Notes: generated by a model from the sequence alone, not told the origin. 64,000 nucleotides of DNA from Gemmatimonadota bacterium (GCA_965116475.1 OZ220691.1:1696001-1760000); one strand, 5' to 3'. Counted from the first letter of the stretch, positions 9,847 through 19,643 are shown. Program-made: numbers and translations.

Positions 9847-9944
9847 GAAACCTCCGTCTTTTTCGGATCAGGCGTCCCTGCGCAGACGCCGCTTCCCTCA
9901 AGATAGCCGTCCGGTTCGGCGTTGCCGAGACCGGGGTGCGGCTG

Positions 9945-10238
9945 CTATTCGCCGTCCTCGTCCTCGGTGGGCACCGGAGAGCGGGTCGTTTCTGCCTCGG
10001 GTTCTTCGCGCTCCACCACGATCGAGCAGTTCGTGACGAGCGCCGCGATGGCGCCGATCGCCGCCCAGGCGGGCAGCATCAACGTCCCCACGACGCCGAT
10101 GGAGAGCGGCACCTCGATGAGTTCCTTGCCGTCTTCGTTCCGGATTGAGATGCGGCGGACGTTCCCCTCGCGGATGATCTCCTTGATCTTCCTGACGAGG
10201 TTCTCGCCCGGCACCCTGTGTTCCTCGGCCATGTCCAC
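9945..10238 (-). CDS. DUF4342-family small protein
   Basis: KIKEIIREGNVRRI...IEVPL..GVVG...AAIGAIAALVTNCSIVVER. Confidence 0.85.
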   Translation of the reverse strand: MDMAEEHRVPGENLVRKIKEIIREGNVRRISIRNEDGKELIEVPLSIGVVGTLMLPAWAAIGAIAALVTNCSIVVEREEPEAETTRSPVPTEDEDGE

Positions 10239-10383
10239 CTCCGTTGCGACCCTTGCGGCGCGCCCGCGAGTCCGGCTTGATGTTGGAGTCCGGCGTGATG
10301 CCGGATCCTGACAGCCCGTCGTACGCTCGCGATCCGGCCCGGGTTTTGCGAGCCGCGCGGAAACGCCTCTCCCGGGGAAAACG

Positions 10384-11349
10384 ATGAAACGCTACCGAAT
10401 GGAACTCCGCACCCTCGTGCTCGCGCTCGGCATTGCGGCCTGCGGGGAGGCGACGGAGGACGCGGAAACGTCCGCAGCCGGAGACGAACTCCCGGAGGGG
10501 GCGGAGGCGATCTCCCTCCTCGGCGAACCTCTCCAGCCGTCCCCCGCCTCGGCGGAGCAGGCGCAGGACATCGAAGTCGCGCGAGCCGACTACGACGCGG
10601 ATCCGGATGATGCGGACGCGATCATCTGGCTCGGCCGGCGCATTGGGTACACGGGGGCCTTCCGCGACGCGATCGACATCTTCTCGGAGGGGATCGAGCA
10701 GCATCCGAACGACGCGCGGATGTACCGTCATCGCGGGCACCGCTGGATCAGCGTGCGGGAGTTCGACCGCGCGATCGAAGACCTGTCTCACGCCGCGGAC
10801 CTGGTGCGGGGCGAGCCGGACGAGGTCGAGCCGGACGGCCAGCCCAACGCACGCGGGGTCCCGACGAGCACGCTGCAGTCGAACATCCACTACCACCTCG
10901 CGCTGGCCCGCTACCTGCAGGGCGACTTCGAAGGCGCGCTGCCGTCCTACGAGGCCTACATGGCCGTGACGACGAATCCCGACCAGCTCGTGGCCATCTC
11001 GCACTGGTGGTACATGGCGCTCCGGCGCCTGGGCCGCGACGCCGAGGCGGCGGCCGTGCTCGAACCGGTGACGGCGGAACTCGATGTCATCGAGAACACC
11101 AGCTATCACCGGCTCCTCCTCATGTACAAGGGGGAGCTCGATGCGGATGAGCTGTGGGATCCCGAGAGCGGAGATCCGGCGGGCGTGGCGGTCGCCTACG
11201 GGGTCGCGACCTGGCACCTCTACAACGGCCGCGAGGCGCAGGCGGCGGAGATGTACCGCCGCATTCTCGAGGGTTCCGGCTGGGCGGGGTTCGGCTACAT
11301 CGCCTCCGAGGCGGAGATCGCCCGCCTGGAGGCCGACGCGGGCGACTGA
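10384..11349 (+). CDS. Tetratricopeptide-repeat lipoprotein
   Basis: Lipobox IAAC; TPR-like helices (YRHRGHRWISVREFDRAIEDL). Confidence 0.8.
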   Translation: MKRYRMELRTLVLALGIAACGEATEDAETSAAGDELPEGAEAISLLGEPLQPSPASAEQAQDIEVARADYDADPDDADAIIWLGRRIGYTGAFRDAIDIFSEGIEQHPNDARMYRHRGHRWISVREFDRAIEDLSHAADLVRGEPDEVEPDGQPNARGVPTSTLQSNIHYHLALARYLQGDFEGALPSYEAYMAVTTNPDQLVAISHWWYMALRRLGRDAEAAAVLEPVTAELDVIENTSYHRLLLMYKGELDADELWDPESGDPAGVAVAYGVATWHLYNGREAQAAEMYRRILEGSGWAGFGYIASEAEIARLEADAGD

Positions 11350-11355
11350 CCCGCT

Positions 11356-11439
11356 GCAACTTTCTCCCCTCCAGCCTCGTTCCCGGAAAGGACGCGACCG
11401 GCCGCGACGGACCGCAACCTTTCGACGGCTCGAAGCGTC
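11356..11439 (+). promoter_or_regulatory. Two tandem ECF-sigma-type promoter motifs GCAAC(T/C)-N16-CGT(T/C)
   Basis: GCAACT-N16-CGTT at 11356-11381 and GCAACC-N16-CGTC at 11414-11439, upstream of the DUF5916 gene. Confidence 0.55.
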
Positions 11440-11531
11440 CTACTTCGCAAGATTGAGCAGCCCGTGGCAGCAGGGGCAGCAGGATTTGCCACGGGTGGCC
11501 GGGGTTCGGGCTGACTTAAGGAAGGTTTACG

Positions 11532-14243
11532 TTGGGGTTTTCCTCATTCTCTATAGATTTCGCCGCCCCGGTGCGCCGGTGGGCGGCGTTCGTGCTGCTG
11601 ATGGGCCTGGCCGCGCCGCTGGCGGCGCAGGACTCCGCGATCGGCGGCGAGACACACGCGCGGGCCGCCGCGGCGCCCGCACTTCAGGCGATCCGGGCGA
11701 CGGAGCCGCCGCAGATCGACGGGCGGCTGGATGAACCCGCCTGGAGCGGGGCGCCGACTGCCCGCGACTTCGTCCAGTACCGGCCCGACGCGGGCCAGCC
11801 GGCCAGCGAACGCACCGAGGTCCGGGTCCTCTACACGGACGATGCGGTCTACGTGGGCGCGCGGATGTACGACAGCGATCCCGGCGGGATCATCCGCCGG
11901 CTCGCGCGCCGCGATGAGCAGGTGACGACGGACGCCTTTCACGTCGCCTTCGACAGCTATTTCGATCACCGTACCGCGTTCCGTTTCTCCGTCAGCGTGG
12001 CGGGCGTCCAGAGCGACGGACTGCTCTTCTCGGACACGCAGGCGGACGACGATTGGGACGCGGTGTGGGAGAGCGCGACGCGCACGGACGAGAACGGCTG
12101 GACCGCCGAACTTCGGATCCCTCTCTCGCAGCTCCGGTTCGCCGGCTCCTCCGCGGACGGCGCCGGAAGCACGTGGGGCATCAACTTCCGACGCGAGATC
12201 GCCCGCCTCGAGGAGTCGAGCGTGTGGTCGCCCCTCCCGGAGGATGGCTCGCGGGTCGTCTCCGCGTTCGGCACGCTGCGCGACCTCCAGGGCCTCCGGC
12301 CGCGCCGCAATCTGGAAGTGCGGCCCTATGTCCTCTCCTCGGCGACGCGGGAGCCGGGCACCGCCGCCGATCCCTTCTACACCGCCACGGCCCTGCGCCA
12401 GACGGTGGGAGGAGATCTGAAGTACGGCATTACGGAGAACCTCACGCTCGACGTCACCGTCAACCCGGACTTCGGGCAGGTAGAGGCGGATCCATCCGTC
12501 GTGAACCTCTCGGCGTTCGAGACGTTCTTTCCCGAGAAGCGGCCTTTCTTCCAGGAAGGATCGGACATCTTCGGGTTTTCCTTCGGCGGGGGCGATGACA
12601 ACAACGAATCGCTCTTCTACAGCCGGCGCATCGGGCGGGCGCCCCAGGGGTCCGTGACGAGCCCGGCCGAGTACCGCGACGTGCCGGCGGCGACGAGCAT
12701 TCTCGGCGCGGCGAAGCTGTCCGGAAAGACGGCGAACGGCTGGTCGATCGGCTTCCTCGACGCGCTCACCTCGAACGAGATGGCGCAGTTCTCCACCCCG
12801 GGGGGGACGCTGGGCGAGCAGGTGGTCGAACCGGTGACGAACTACGCGGTGGGGCGCGTCATCCGGGACTTCCGCGACGGAGAGAGCGCGGTCGGCCTCA
12901 TCGCCACCGCCACGAACCGGCGCCTCGACGCCGGGGGGTCGCTCGCCTTCCTCGCCGACGCGGCGTACACGGGAGGGTTCGACTTCCGGCACCGGTTCGG
13001 GAACGGGAACTACCAGATCGACGGCCACGTGATCGGGAGCACGGTGAGCGGAAGTCCGGAGGCGATCGCCCGCATCCAGCGCTCCTCCGTCCACTACTTC
13101 CAGAACCCGGACTCCAGGCACGGACTGGACCCCACTCGCACGCGCCTCTCCGGGAGCACGTCGACGATCAGCTTCTCGAAGGTCGGGGGCGGCAACTGGC
13201 GCTACGGGCTGTTCGGCGAGAACCGGTCGCCCGGCTTCGAGGCGAACGACCTCGGATTCCAGCAGAACGCGGACTACCGGGTCGGGGCGGTGTGGGTGAA
13301 CTACGAGCAGTTCCGGCCGCAGGGGCCGTTCCGCAACTGGGGCGTGAACGCGGCAACGTGGTCCGGCTGGACGTTCCGCGGCGAACGGCAGTTCACGGGC
13401 GGAAACGTGAACGGGAACTTCCAGCTCAAGAACTTCTGGCGCGGCTTCGCCGGCTTCAACCAGGAGTGGGCGGGACTCTCCACCACGGCGCTGCGCGGAG
13501 GGCCCACGCTCTACCAGCCGAGCCAGTGGAGCAGCTGGGGCGGCATGTTCACGGACTCCCGGAAGCCGGTGCAGTTCGGAGCCGTCTTCAACGCCGGAGG
13601 AGAGTACAGCACCGCGACCCGCCGCCTGGGCGTGTCGCCGAACCTGAGGCTCCAGCCGTCGAGCCGACTCCAGCTCAACATCGGCCCGAGCCTGCAGTGG
13701 AACGATCAGGCGTGGCAGTTCGTCTCGCGGCCCGGCGCTTCGGACGGGACGCACTACGTGTTCGCGCGCCTGAGCCAGCAGACGGTCTCGATCACGACGC
13801 GCCTGAACTACACGTTCAGCCCGGATCTCTCGCTTCAGCTCTACGCCCAGCCCTTCGTGAGCGCGGGGAGCTACGACCGCTTCATGGAGGTCGATGATCC
13901 GCGGGCGTCCGGTTTCTCCGACCGCTTCCGGACGTACGGCGCGAACGAGATCCGGCGGGTGGAGGCGAACGGCTTCGGTCTCTACCAGGTCGACGCCGAC
14001 CGGGACGGGACGGCGGATTTCGGCTTCGCGGACCCCGACTTCAACGTGAAGTCCTTCCGCTCCAACCTCGTCCTGCGCTGGCAGTACCGGCCCGGATCTA
14101 CCGTGTTTCTCGTCTGGAGCCGCGACCAGCAGGCGTTCCGCAACGACGGTTCGTTCCGCCTCGGCGAGGATCTGACCGACCTCGCGCGGATTCCCTCCAC
14201 CAATATCTTCCTCGTGAAGTTCGAGCACTGGCTGGGACTGTAG
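11532..14243 (+). CDS. DUF5916/CBM9-like outer-membrane protein
   Basis: Signal peptide; PQIDGRLDEPAW, WTAELRIPLSQLRF, TVNPDFGQVEAD, FFPEKRPFFQEG, LFYSRRIG; beta-barrel-like C-terminus. Confidence 0.85.
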   Translation: MGFSSFSIDFAAPVRRWAAFVLLMGLAAPLAAQDSAIGGETHARAAAAPALQAIRATEPPQIDGRLDEPAWSGAPTARDFVQYRPDAGQPASERTEVRVLYTDDAVYVGARMYDSDPGGIIRRLARRDEQVTTDAFHVAFDSYFDHRTAFRFSVSVAGVQSDGLLFSDTQADDDWDAVWESATRTDENGWTAELRIPLSQLRFAGSSADGAGSTWGINFRREIARLEESSVWSPLPEDGSRVVSAFGTLRDLQGLRPRRNLEVRPYVLSSATREPGTAADPFYTATALRQTVGGDLKYGITENLTLDVTVNPDFGQVEADPSVVNLSAFETFFPEKRPFFQEGSDIFGFSFGGGDDNNESLFYSRRIGRAPQGSVTSPAEYRDVPAATSILGAAKLSGKTANGWSIGFLDALTSNEMAQFSTPGGTLGEQVVEPVTNYAVGRVIRDFRDGESAVGLIATATNRRLDAGGSLAFLADAAYTGGFDFRHRFGNGNYQIDGHVIGSTVSGSPEAIARIQRSSVHYFQNPDSRHGLDPTRTRLSGSTSTISFSKVGGGNWRYGLFGENRSPGFEANDLGFQQNADYRVGAVWVNYEQFRPQGPFRNWGVNAATWSGWTFRGERQFTGGNVNGNFQLKNFWRGFAGFNQEWAGLSTTALRGGPTLYQPSQWSSWGGMFTDSRKPVQFGAVFNAGGEYSTATRRLGVSPNLRLQPSSRLQLNIGPSLQWNDQAWQFVSRPGASDGTHYVFARLSQQTVSITTRLNYTFSPDLSLQLYAQPFVSAGSYDRFMEVDDPRASGFSDRFRTYGANEIRRVEANGFGLYQVDADRDGTADFGFADPDFNVKSFRSNLVLRWQYRPGSTVFLVWSRDQQAFRNDGSFRLGEDLTDLARIPSTNIFLVKFEHWLGL

Positions 14244-14249
14244 TTTCGC

Positions 14250-14277
14250 GTGGCGGGAGCGACGCCGTTCCCGCCAC
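14250..14277 (+). other. 12-bp GC-rich hairpin after the DUF5916 stop (possible terminator or stability element)
   Basis: GTGGCGGGAGCG-ACGC-CGTTCCCGCCAC; no U tract. Confidence 0.4.
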
Positions 14278-14383
14278 AGTCCGCCGGCGGTCGAGCGGTC
14301 CGTGGAAAAGCCCTTCGTAAGCGCCGGGAGCGGTGAGGCGCTCGCAGGCCTTCTGCCACGGGCTGCCAGAGCGGTGAGAATCG

Positions 14384-14620
14384 GTGACCGGGTACATTTT
14401 CGTGGCGCTTGCTGTGCTGGTGGCGGTGGCCGGCTGGAGACGCCGGAGCCACCTGCGTCGGCAGACCCGACCCGGCGTAACGGACGAGATCGTGCGGCGC
14501 ATCGAGACGGTGGGCCACGTGGACGCCGAGGATGTCGAACCGGTGGATCTCGAGTTGGCGAGGGCCGAGGAGGACGAATTCTGGGCCCAGACGTGGGACG
14601 AGCCCGAAGAAAACTGGTAA
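14384..14620 (+). CDS. Small single-TM protein with acidic C-terminus
   Basis: N-terminal TM, basic patch, acidic tail ending EEDEFWAQTWDEPEENW. Confidence 0.65.
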   Translation: MTGYIFVALAVLVAVAGWRRRSHLRRQTRPGVTDEIVRRIETVGHVDAEDVEPVDLELARAEEDEFWAQTWDEPEENW

Positions 14621-14637
14621 GAACTGGCGGGAATTCG

Positions 14638-15849
14638 ATGATGAACACGGCATGGAACTCCGGTGTGGCCCGCATCGGGCTGGTGGCGGCGGCGCTGTCC
14701 GCAGCGGGGCTGTCGGCGGCGGCTGTGTGCGGGGTGGAGGCGCAGGAGCCGCCCCGGGTGTCGTTCGGGCCGGCGGCCGCGGCCTTCGGGGACGGCCTCG
14801 GCTCCCTGCGCGGCGTGCGCGAACTCGAGGACGGGCGCGTACTCGTGGCGGACGGCTTCGGCGCCGCCGTCATCGCGTGGATGCCCGGGAGCGGCGCGGA
14901 TACGCTGACGAACACGGGCCAGGGACCGCAGGAATATCGGACGCCGGACGGTCTCTTCCCCCTTCCCGACGACGCGACGCTCCTCGTCGATCTCGGCAAC
15001 GCCCGGCTCACCCGCATCGAGGCGGATCTCGGCTTCGGCGAGACGTGGCCCATCGCTCAGGGGGCGCCGAATACCGGCATGACGATGATGATCCCGGTGG
15101 GGACCGACCGCGAGGGCGGCATCTACTTCCAGCGGCGACTCGACGGGATGGCGGGCACATCGGACTCGGCCGCCGTGGCGCGCTTCGATCCGGCCACGGG
15201 CGAGATCTCCGAGGTCGGCCGGATCCGGCTCGCGGCGCAGACGCGCGTGGAGTCGGGGGACGCCAACAACCGCAGCGTGAACATCCGGCCGGTGCCGTTC
15301 TCCAACCAGGATGCGTGGAACGTGGCCTGGGATGGCCGCGTGGCGGTCGCGCGCGCGGACGGCTACCGGCTGGAGTGGCTGGACCCGGCGGGCGGCGTCA
15401 CGCGGGGGCCCGAGATCCCGTACGAACCGGTGCGGGTGCGGCGGGCGGACCAGGATGAGTGGCTCGAGGCGCTCGGCGGCGGTCTGCGCGTCGAGGCCAC
15501 GGACGACGGGAGCGGGATGCGGATGTCCATGAGCCGCGCGCCTTCAGGCTCAAGCAACGCCGACCCTTCCGATTTCGAGTGGCCCAATGCGAAGCCGGTG
15601 ATTCCGGCCGGGGCGGTCGCGGTCGATGCGGCAGGCCGGGCCTGGGTGCGGCGTCATGTGCCGGCGGGGGAAGCGCACCTGTACGATGTGTTCGACGGCG
15701 GCGGACAGCGCATCGCGCAGGTGGAACTGCCCGAGGACCGGCGGCTCGTCGCCTTCGGTGCGGAGAGCGCCTACCTGGTCCGAAGCGACGAACTCGGTTT
15801 CGCCTGGCTCGAGAAATACCCGCTGCCCGCGTTGCCCGGGGCGCGCTGA
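14638..15849 (+). CDS. Secreted 6-bladed beta-propeller (NHL-like) protein
   Basis: Signal peptide; GQGPQEYRTP motif; VDAAGRAWV...YDVFD..G repeats. Confidence 0.75.
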   Translation: MMNTAWNSGVARIGLVAAALSAAGLSAAAVCGVEAQEPPRVSFGPAAAAFGDGLGSLRGVRELEDGRVLVADGFGAAVIAWMPGSGADTLTNTGQGPQEYRTPDGLFPLPDDATLLVDLGNARLTRIEADLGFGETWPIAQGAPNTGMTMMIPVGTDREGGIYFQRRLDGMAGTSDSAAVARFDPATGEISEVGRIRLAAQTRVESGDANNRSVNIRPVPFSNQDAWNVAWDGRVAVARADGYRLEWLDPAGGVTRGPEIPYEPVRVRRADQDEWLEALGGGLRVEATDDGSGMRMSMSRAPSGSSNADPSDFEWPNAKPVIPAGAVAVDAAGRAWVRRHVPAGEAHLYDVFDGGGQRIAQVELPEDRRLVAFGAESAYLVRSDELGFAWLEKYPLPALPGAR

Positions 15850-15897
15850 CGCCCTCGCGACGACTCCGACCTCAAACGCCGGGTACGGCGCCGCGCC

Positions 15898-17136
15898 TCA
15901 GTGCGGATGCCGTCTCACCAGGTCCGGGTCCGGCGGCAGTAGCGTCGCGTCGTCCGCGGGAACGAAGTCGGCGGAGCCGGTGAGGGGAATCGGGGGAGAC
16001 CACACCTCCGTGTCCGGCTGGAACGCCGCCCAGGCGAACCAGAACGCGTGGTACGCCTCGGGATGCGCTTCGAGTCTCTCTCCCTCCAGCGGTCCATCCA
16101 CGGCCCGGCCCGCAAAATTCCACACGCTCCCCGTTTCCACGTCCTGCCGGCGACCATCGACGACCTCGAACGTGAGCCGCCGGCCGTTGGCTCGAGCCCG
16201 GTAGATCCTCGCGCTCTGAGCGCTGGAGTTCCAGAACGCAACGATCGGCTCGCCGCGCGCCATGGCGCTCGCGGCCCAGACGGACGTGTTCTGACCCTCC
16301 TGGTCCCGGGCCGCGACCTCTCTCAGGTCGGCGATGGCGAACGCGATGCCACCGGTTCCCGACGGAACGCCGACCACGCGCTCCTTGGGCCTTCGGCGGG
16401 GATCGATCGGAGCCGAGGTCGGATAGAAGAGCGAGGCGTTGTCCGGGTCCCGATAGTTCCCGTACGGGTAGAGCGTGTAGAGGAAGTCGTGCCCCGTCGC
16501 GCGTGTCGCGACCCAGGTGTCCAGAAAGATCTGGAGCCAGGCACCGTACAGCATCAGCTCGTACGGCACGCGCGTCAGGCTGCTGCCGTCCCGCGGTCCG
16601 CACGTGGCGGAGCGCGTCAACTGGGGGTAGAGCGTCCCGGAGCCGTCGTCCATCACGAGGTTGTTGTCGAGAACGTAGTTGGACACCGCGAAGTCGGGCG
16701 TGTCGCGCGGCTCGGGATCGAAGACGCCTACCGACCCCGTAAGCGGCGAATAGGTGACCGTGAGCCGTTGCCCCGTCGCGGTCGAGTCGGCCGGGTCGGA
16801 CTCGGCCTGAAGGTTCAGAACTTCGTGGTACCAGAGGAGCTTGAGGGGTATGGCGAGAGGCTGGCCGTTGAACTCGAGCCCGATCACGAGATCGCCGCGA
16901 TTGACGTAACCGACGTGGGGCGCGATGAGCCGCGTGGCGACTTCCGGATTCGTGAGCGCCGGAATACTCGAGCGCTCCGCGCCGGCGTCCGTGAAGTTCG
17001 TGAGCGGAAGCGAGCAGTTCGAGAACCCGGTCGGCGGGCCGAAGCTCTCTCCGGAGCACGCGGCGAGCCCCACGGCACACAGCACCACGGCGGCACTATT
17101 GCTGGCTGGATTCATCCGGCGCCCCGCACCTGTCAT
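15898..17136 (-). CDS. DUF3179-family lipoprotein
   Basis: Lipobox LAAC; SIPAL.NP, HEVLN, VTYSPLTGS, NNLVMDD, W...G.A..GPL.G..L, FWFAWAAFQP. Confidence 0.8.
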   Translation of the reverse strand: MTGAGRRMNPASNSAAVVLCAVGLAACSGESFGPPTGFSNCSLPLTNFTDAGAERSSIPALTNPEVATRLIAPHVGYVNRGDLVIGLEFNGQPLAIPLKLLWYHEVLNLQAESDPADSTATGQRLTVTYSPLTGSVGVFDPEPRDTPDFAVSNYVLDNNLVMDDGSGTLYPQLTRSATCGPRDGSSLTRVPYELMLYGAWLQIFLDTWVATRATGHDFLYTLYPYGNYRDPDNASLFYPTSAPIDPRRRPKERVVGVPSGTGGIAFAIADLREVAARDQEGQNTSVWAASAMARGEPIVAFWNSSAQSARIYRARANGRRLTFEVVDGRRQDVETGSVWNFAGRAVDGPLEGERLEAHPEAYHAFWFAWAAFQPDTEVWSPPIPLTGSADFVPADDATLLPPDPDLVRRHPH

Positions 17137-17142
17137 GCCCGG

Positions 17143-17919
17143 TCACCGTCCGACGCGAGAGTTCCCGACGGCTCTTCGGGCGGAGAGACCGGCGAGGCCG
17201 CCGACCGTCCTGCCAGCAGGCCGGGCTGCTAGATGAACAAGGCCTCGTTCTCGGAATCGACTCCGTGGATGTCCGCCTTCTGCGCCCGCACATCCTTCTG
17301 GCCGACCTGACGCTGCCCGACGACGATCATCGCGATGCTCGCGACGAGCGCCAGTGCGATCCTGAGCTTCTTCATGGCGTCCCCCCTCCTCCATCGTCCC
17401 TGCCCCCAACGCCGGATCCGGACACAGATCGCTCCCATAGTATAAGGCCTTCCTGCCATTTAACGAACTTTCCGGCCCAATGGTGACACGCCGGAGGGGA
17501 GCGTCGGCCTCGATGACCCAGCGGTTGAGGGTGTCCCGGGCCAGCGCGAGATCGGTCTCCGCGAGGAGCATGCCTTCCGCCCCACGCGCCTCGAGGCGGA
17601 CCCGGTCGGCGCGCACCCGAATGTTCACGCGGACCGAATCCCCGCGCGGCACCGTATCGAGCACCACGCTCCCGGCTCCGGCCGCGGCGAAGACGTACGC
17701 GTCGATGTCGAGCGCATTGACGAGGCGGATCCGGTATTCGCGGGTCGGACCCTCACCCGCGAGCGGCGCGGGAGCGGCAGGGGCGGCAGCGCCATCGGAT
17801 GGCCCGGAATCGGGCGGGGTCGCGGAGGAATCCGGGGGGTCGCCGGACGGGGCGCACGCCGCCGCGAGGCAGACAAGCGCCGACAGCGCGCGGCCCGGCC
17901 GAAAAGGCCGCCCGTTCAG
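17143..17919 (-). CDS. Putative lipoprotein (possible CTG start; 3' end uncertain)
   Basis: RBS GAAGGAG 6 nt before CTG, which overlaps the glpD stop; lipobox LAAC; Pro/Ser linker and beta-rich domain. The frame stays open through the small ORF downstream. Confidence 0.5.
   Translation of the reverse strand: MNGRPFRPGRALSALVCLAAACAPSGDPPDSSATPPDSGPSDGAAAPAAPAPLAGEGPTREYRIRLVNALDIDAYVFAAAGAGSVVLDTVPRGDSVRVNIRVRADRVRLEARGAEGMLLAETDLALARDTLNRWVIEADAPLRRVTIGPESSLNGRKALYYGSDLCPDPALGAGTMEEGGRHEEAQDRTGARREHRDDRRRAASGRPEGCAGAEGGHPRSRFRERGLVHLAARPAGRTVGGLAGLSARRAVGNSRVGR
17229..17375 (-). CDS. 48-aa small protein with N-terminal signal/TM helix
   Basis: Strong RBS GGAGGAGGGGG; TATACT -10-like element upstream; MKKLRIALALVASIAMIVVG... 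Confidence 0.6.
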   Translation of the reverse strand: MKKLRIALALVASIAMIVVGQRQVGQKDVRAQKADIHGVDSENEALFI

Positions 17920-19643
17920 CGGATCTCCTTCGCGCGGGCCGCCAGTTCGCGGATCGCGCCGTCGTCCACCGCCCTGAAGGCCAGCGCCCGTTCCACTTCC
18001 TCCATCCGCCGTTCCTCCGTCCAGTCCAGTTCCGGGGCCACGGCTTCGGCGACGCGGCGTGCGGCCTCCGGCGTCCCGGAGCGCGTCTCGAGGCCGACTC
18101 GCATCCGCCGATAGAGAAGGTCCTCGACGTGACGGGCCATCTCGCTCCGTACCGAATACACCGCTTCGGCCAGAAGGTGCGGCCTCCCGGCAACGACCCT
18201 CTCGCCGAGCCGCGGGTTCCGCTCGACCAGGTCGAGCACCCGGTTCGCTCTCGTCCCGTATGCGCGCGTGAGGCGGTCGGCGGAAACGCGCTCGAGTCCC
18301 TGCGCGCGGGCACGGGCCCGGATGCGGCCGCGGAGCGCGTCCAGATCCCGGAACCGCGCGCCGGGAAGCGGGACTTTGTCCGTGTCCACCTTCCGAAGCG
18401 CCTTCACGCCGGCCGGCGCGAGGAACGCCTGCACGCGATCCACCGTGGCCTCTGCCATGTGCCGGTGAGAGGTGAGTTTTCCTCCGCTCAGGGTGAAGAA
18501 GCCGGGGGGATGCTGATGAACCTCGAACTCCCTCGAGACGGCACCCTCGTCGGAGCCGTCCGCGGGCGGCGCGACGAGCGGCCGCAGGCCGGCCCAGGCG
18601 CTGATCACGTCTTCCGGTCCCAGCTTCGACGCCGGGAGCAGGCGACGGGTGGCCTCGAGCAGGTAGGCGATGTCCTCGGGCGTGGCCGCGACCTCGTGCG
18701 GCGGGCCGTCGAAGAACTCGTCCGTGGTGCCGATGAGGGTCAGGTCCTCCCGCCACGGGAGGATGAACATCACGCGGCCGTCCCGGGGCGCCTCGAAGAT
18801 CAGGGCGCCGGAGTGCCCCACCCGGTCGCGCGCCACGTGGACGTGCGTCCCGCGCGAGGGACGGATGCGCACGGCGGACGCCGCGCCCTCCTCCGGCCCG
18901 GGTCCCTGCGAGCCCGCGGTCACGCGATCGAGCGTTTGCTCGGCCCACGCGCCGGTGGCGTTGACGATCGCAAGGGCGTCGACGCCCACTTCCCGTCCAC
19001 TTTCCGCGTCTCTCACCAGCACCCGGTGCCCCGGCCAGTCCGAGGCGTCGATGCGCACGACTTCGGCCCGGTTGAGTACGGTCGCGCCGGCCTCGACGGC
19101 CGCCACGATGGTCGTGACGACGAGCCGTGCATCGTCGACCTGGGCGTCGAAATAGCGCGCGCCGCCGAGCAGCCCCTCGGCGCGCAGCCCCGGTTCGCGC
19201 GCGAGCATGGCCACGGTGTCGAGCATCTGATGCCGTTCGATGTTCCGGAACAGCGAGAGCGCGTCGTAGAGCCACATCCCCGCGTCCAGCTTCCTCCGGC
19301 CGATGCGGCCGTCGCGGAAGATGGGAAAGTGGAACTCCAGCGGCCGGACGAGGTGGGTCGCGATCCGGAGCAGGGTCCGCCGTTCCTGGCTCGCCTCGAA
19401 CACGAGATCGAACTCGAAGTGCTCCAGGTAGCGCAGGCCGCCGTGGACGAGCCGGGATGAACGGCTGCTCGTGCCCCACGCGAAGTCCGCGGCTTCGACG
19501 AGCGCGGTGCGAAAACCACGGCGGGCCGCGTCGCGCGCCACCGCCGCGCCGGAAACGCCGCCTCCGATGACGAGGATGTCGAAGGCGGTCTCCGCGAGGC
19601 TCCGGAACCGCTCGGCGCGCCCCGGAGCCGTCGCGGGCCTCAC
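17916..19643 (-). CDS. glpD: FAD-dependent glycerol-3-phosphate dehydrogenase
   Basis: IGGGVSG, GTSSRSSRLVHGGLRYLE, DAQVDDARL, WAGLRPL, GGKLT; GTG start overlaps the upstream stop. Confidence 0.9.
   Translation of the reverse strand: MRPATAPGRAERFRSLAETAFDILVIGGGVSGAAVARDAARRGFRTALVEAADFAWGTSSRSSRLVHGGLRYLEHFEFDLVFEASQERRTLLRIATHLVRPLEFHFPIFRDGRIGRRKLDAGMWLYDALSLFRNIERHQMLDTVAMLAREPGLRAEGLLGGARYFDAQVDDARLVVTTIVAAVEAGATVLNRAEVVRIDASDWPGHRVLVRDAESGREVGVDALAIVNATGAWAEQTLDRVTAGSQGPGPEEGAASAVRIRPSRGTHVHVARDRVGHSGALIFEAPRDGRVMFILPWREDLTLIGTTDEFFDGPPHEVAATPEDIAYLLEATRRLLPASKLGPEDVISAWAGLRPLVAPPADGSDEGAVSREFEVHQHPPGFFTLSGGKLTSHRHMAEATVDRVQAFLAPAGVKALRKVDTDKVPLPGARFRDLDALRGRIRARARAQGLERVSADRLTRAYGTRANRVLDLVERNPRLGERVVAGRPHLLAEAVYSVRSEMARHVEDLLYRRMRVGLETRSGTPEAARRVAEAVAPELDWTEERRMEEVERALAFRAVDDGAIRELAARAKEIR

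Noticed and set aside
11544..15053. Very long antisense or alternative-frame ORFs (e.g. 1169 aa here; also 20935-23286, 53192-55852, 39236-41884)
   Set aside because: Shadow ORFs of high-GC coding sequence; Arg/Pro/Gly-rich with no motifs and overlapping well-supported genes.
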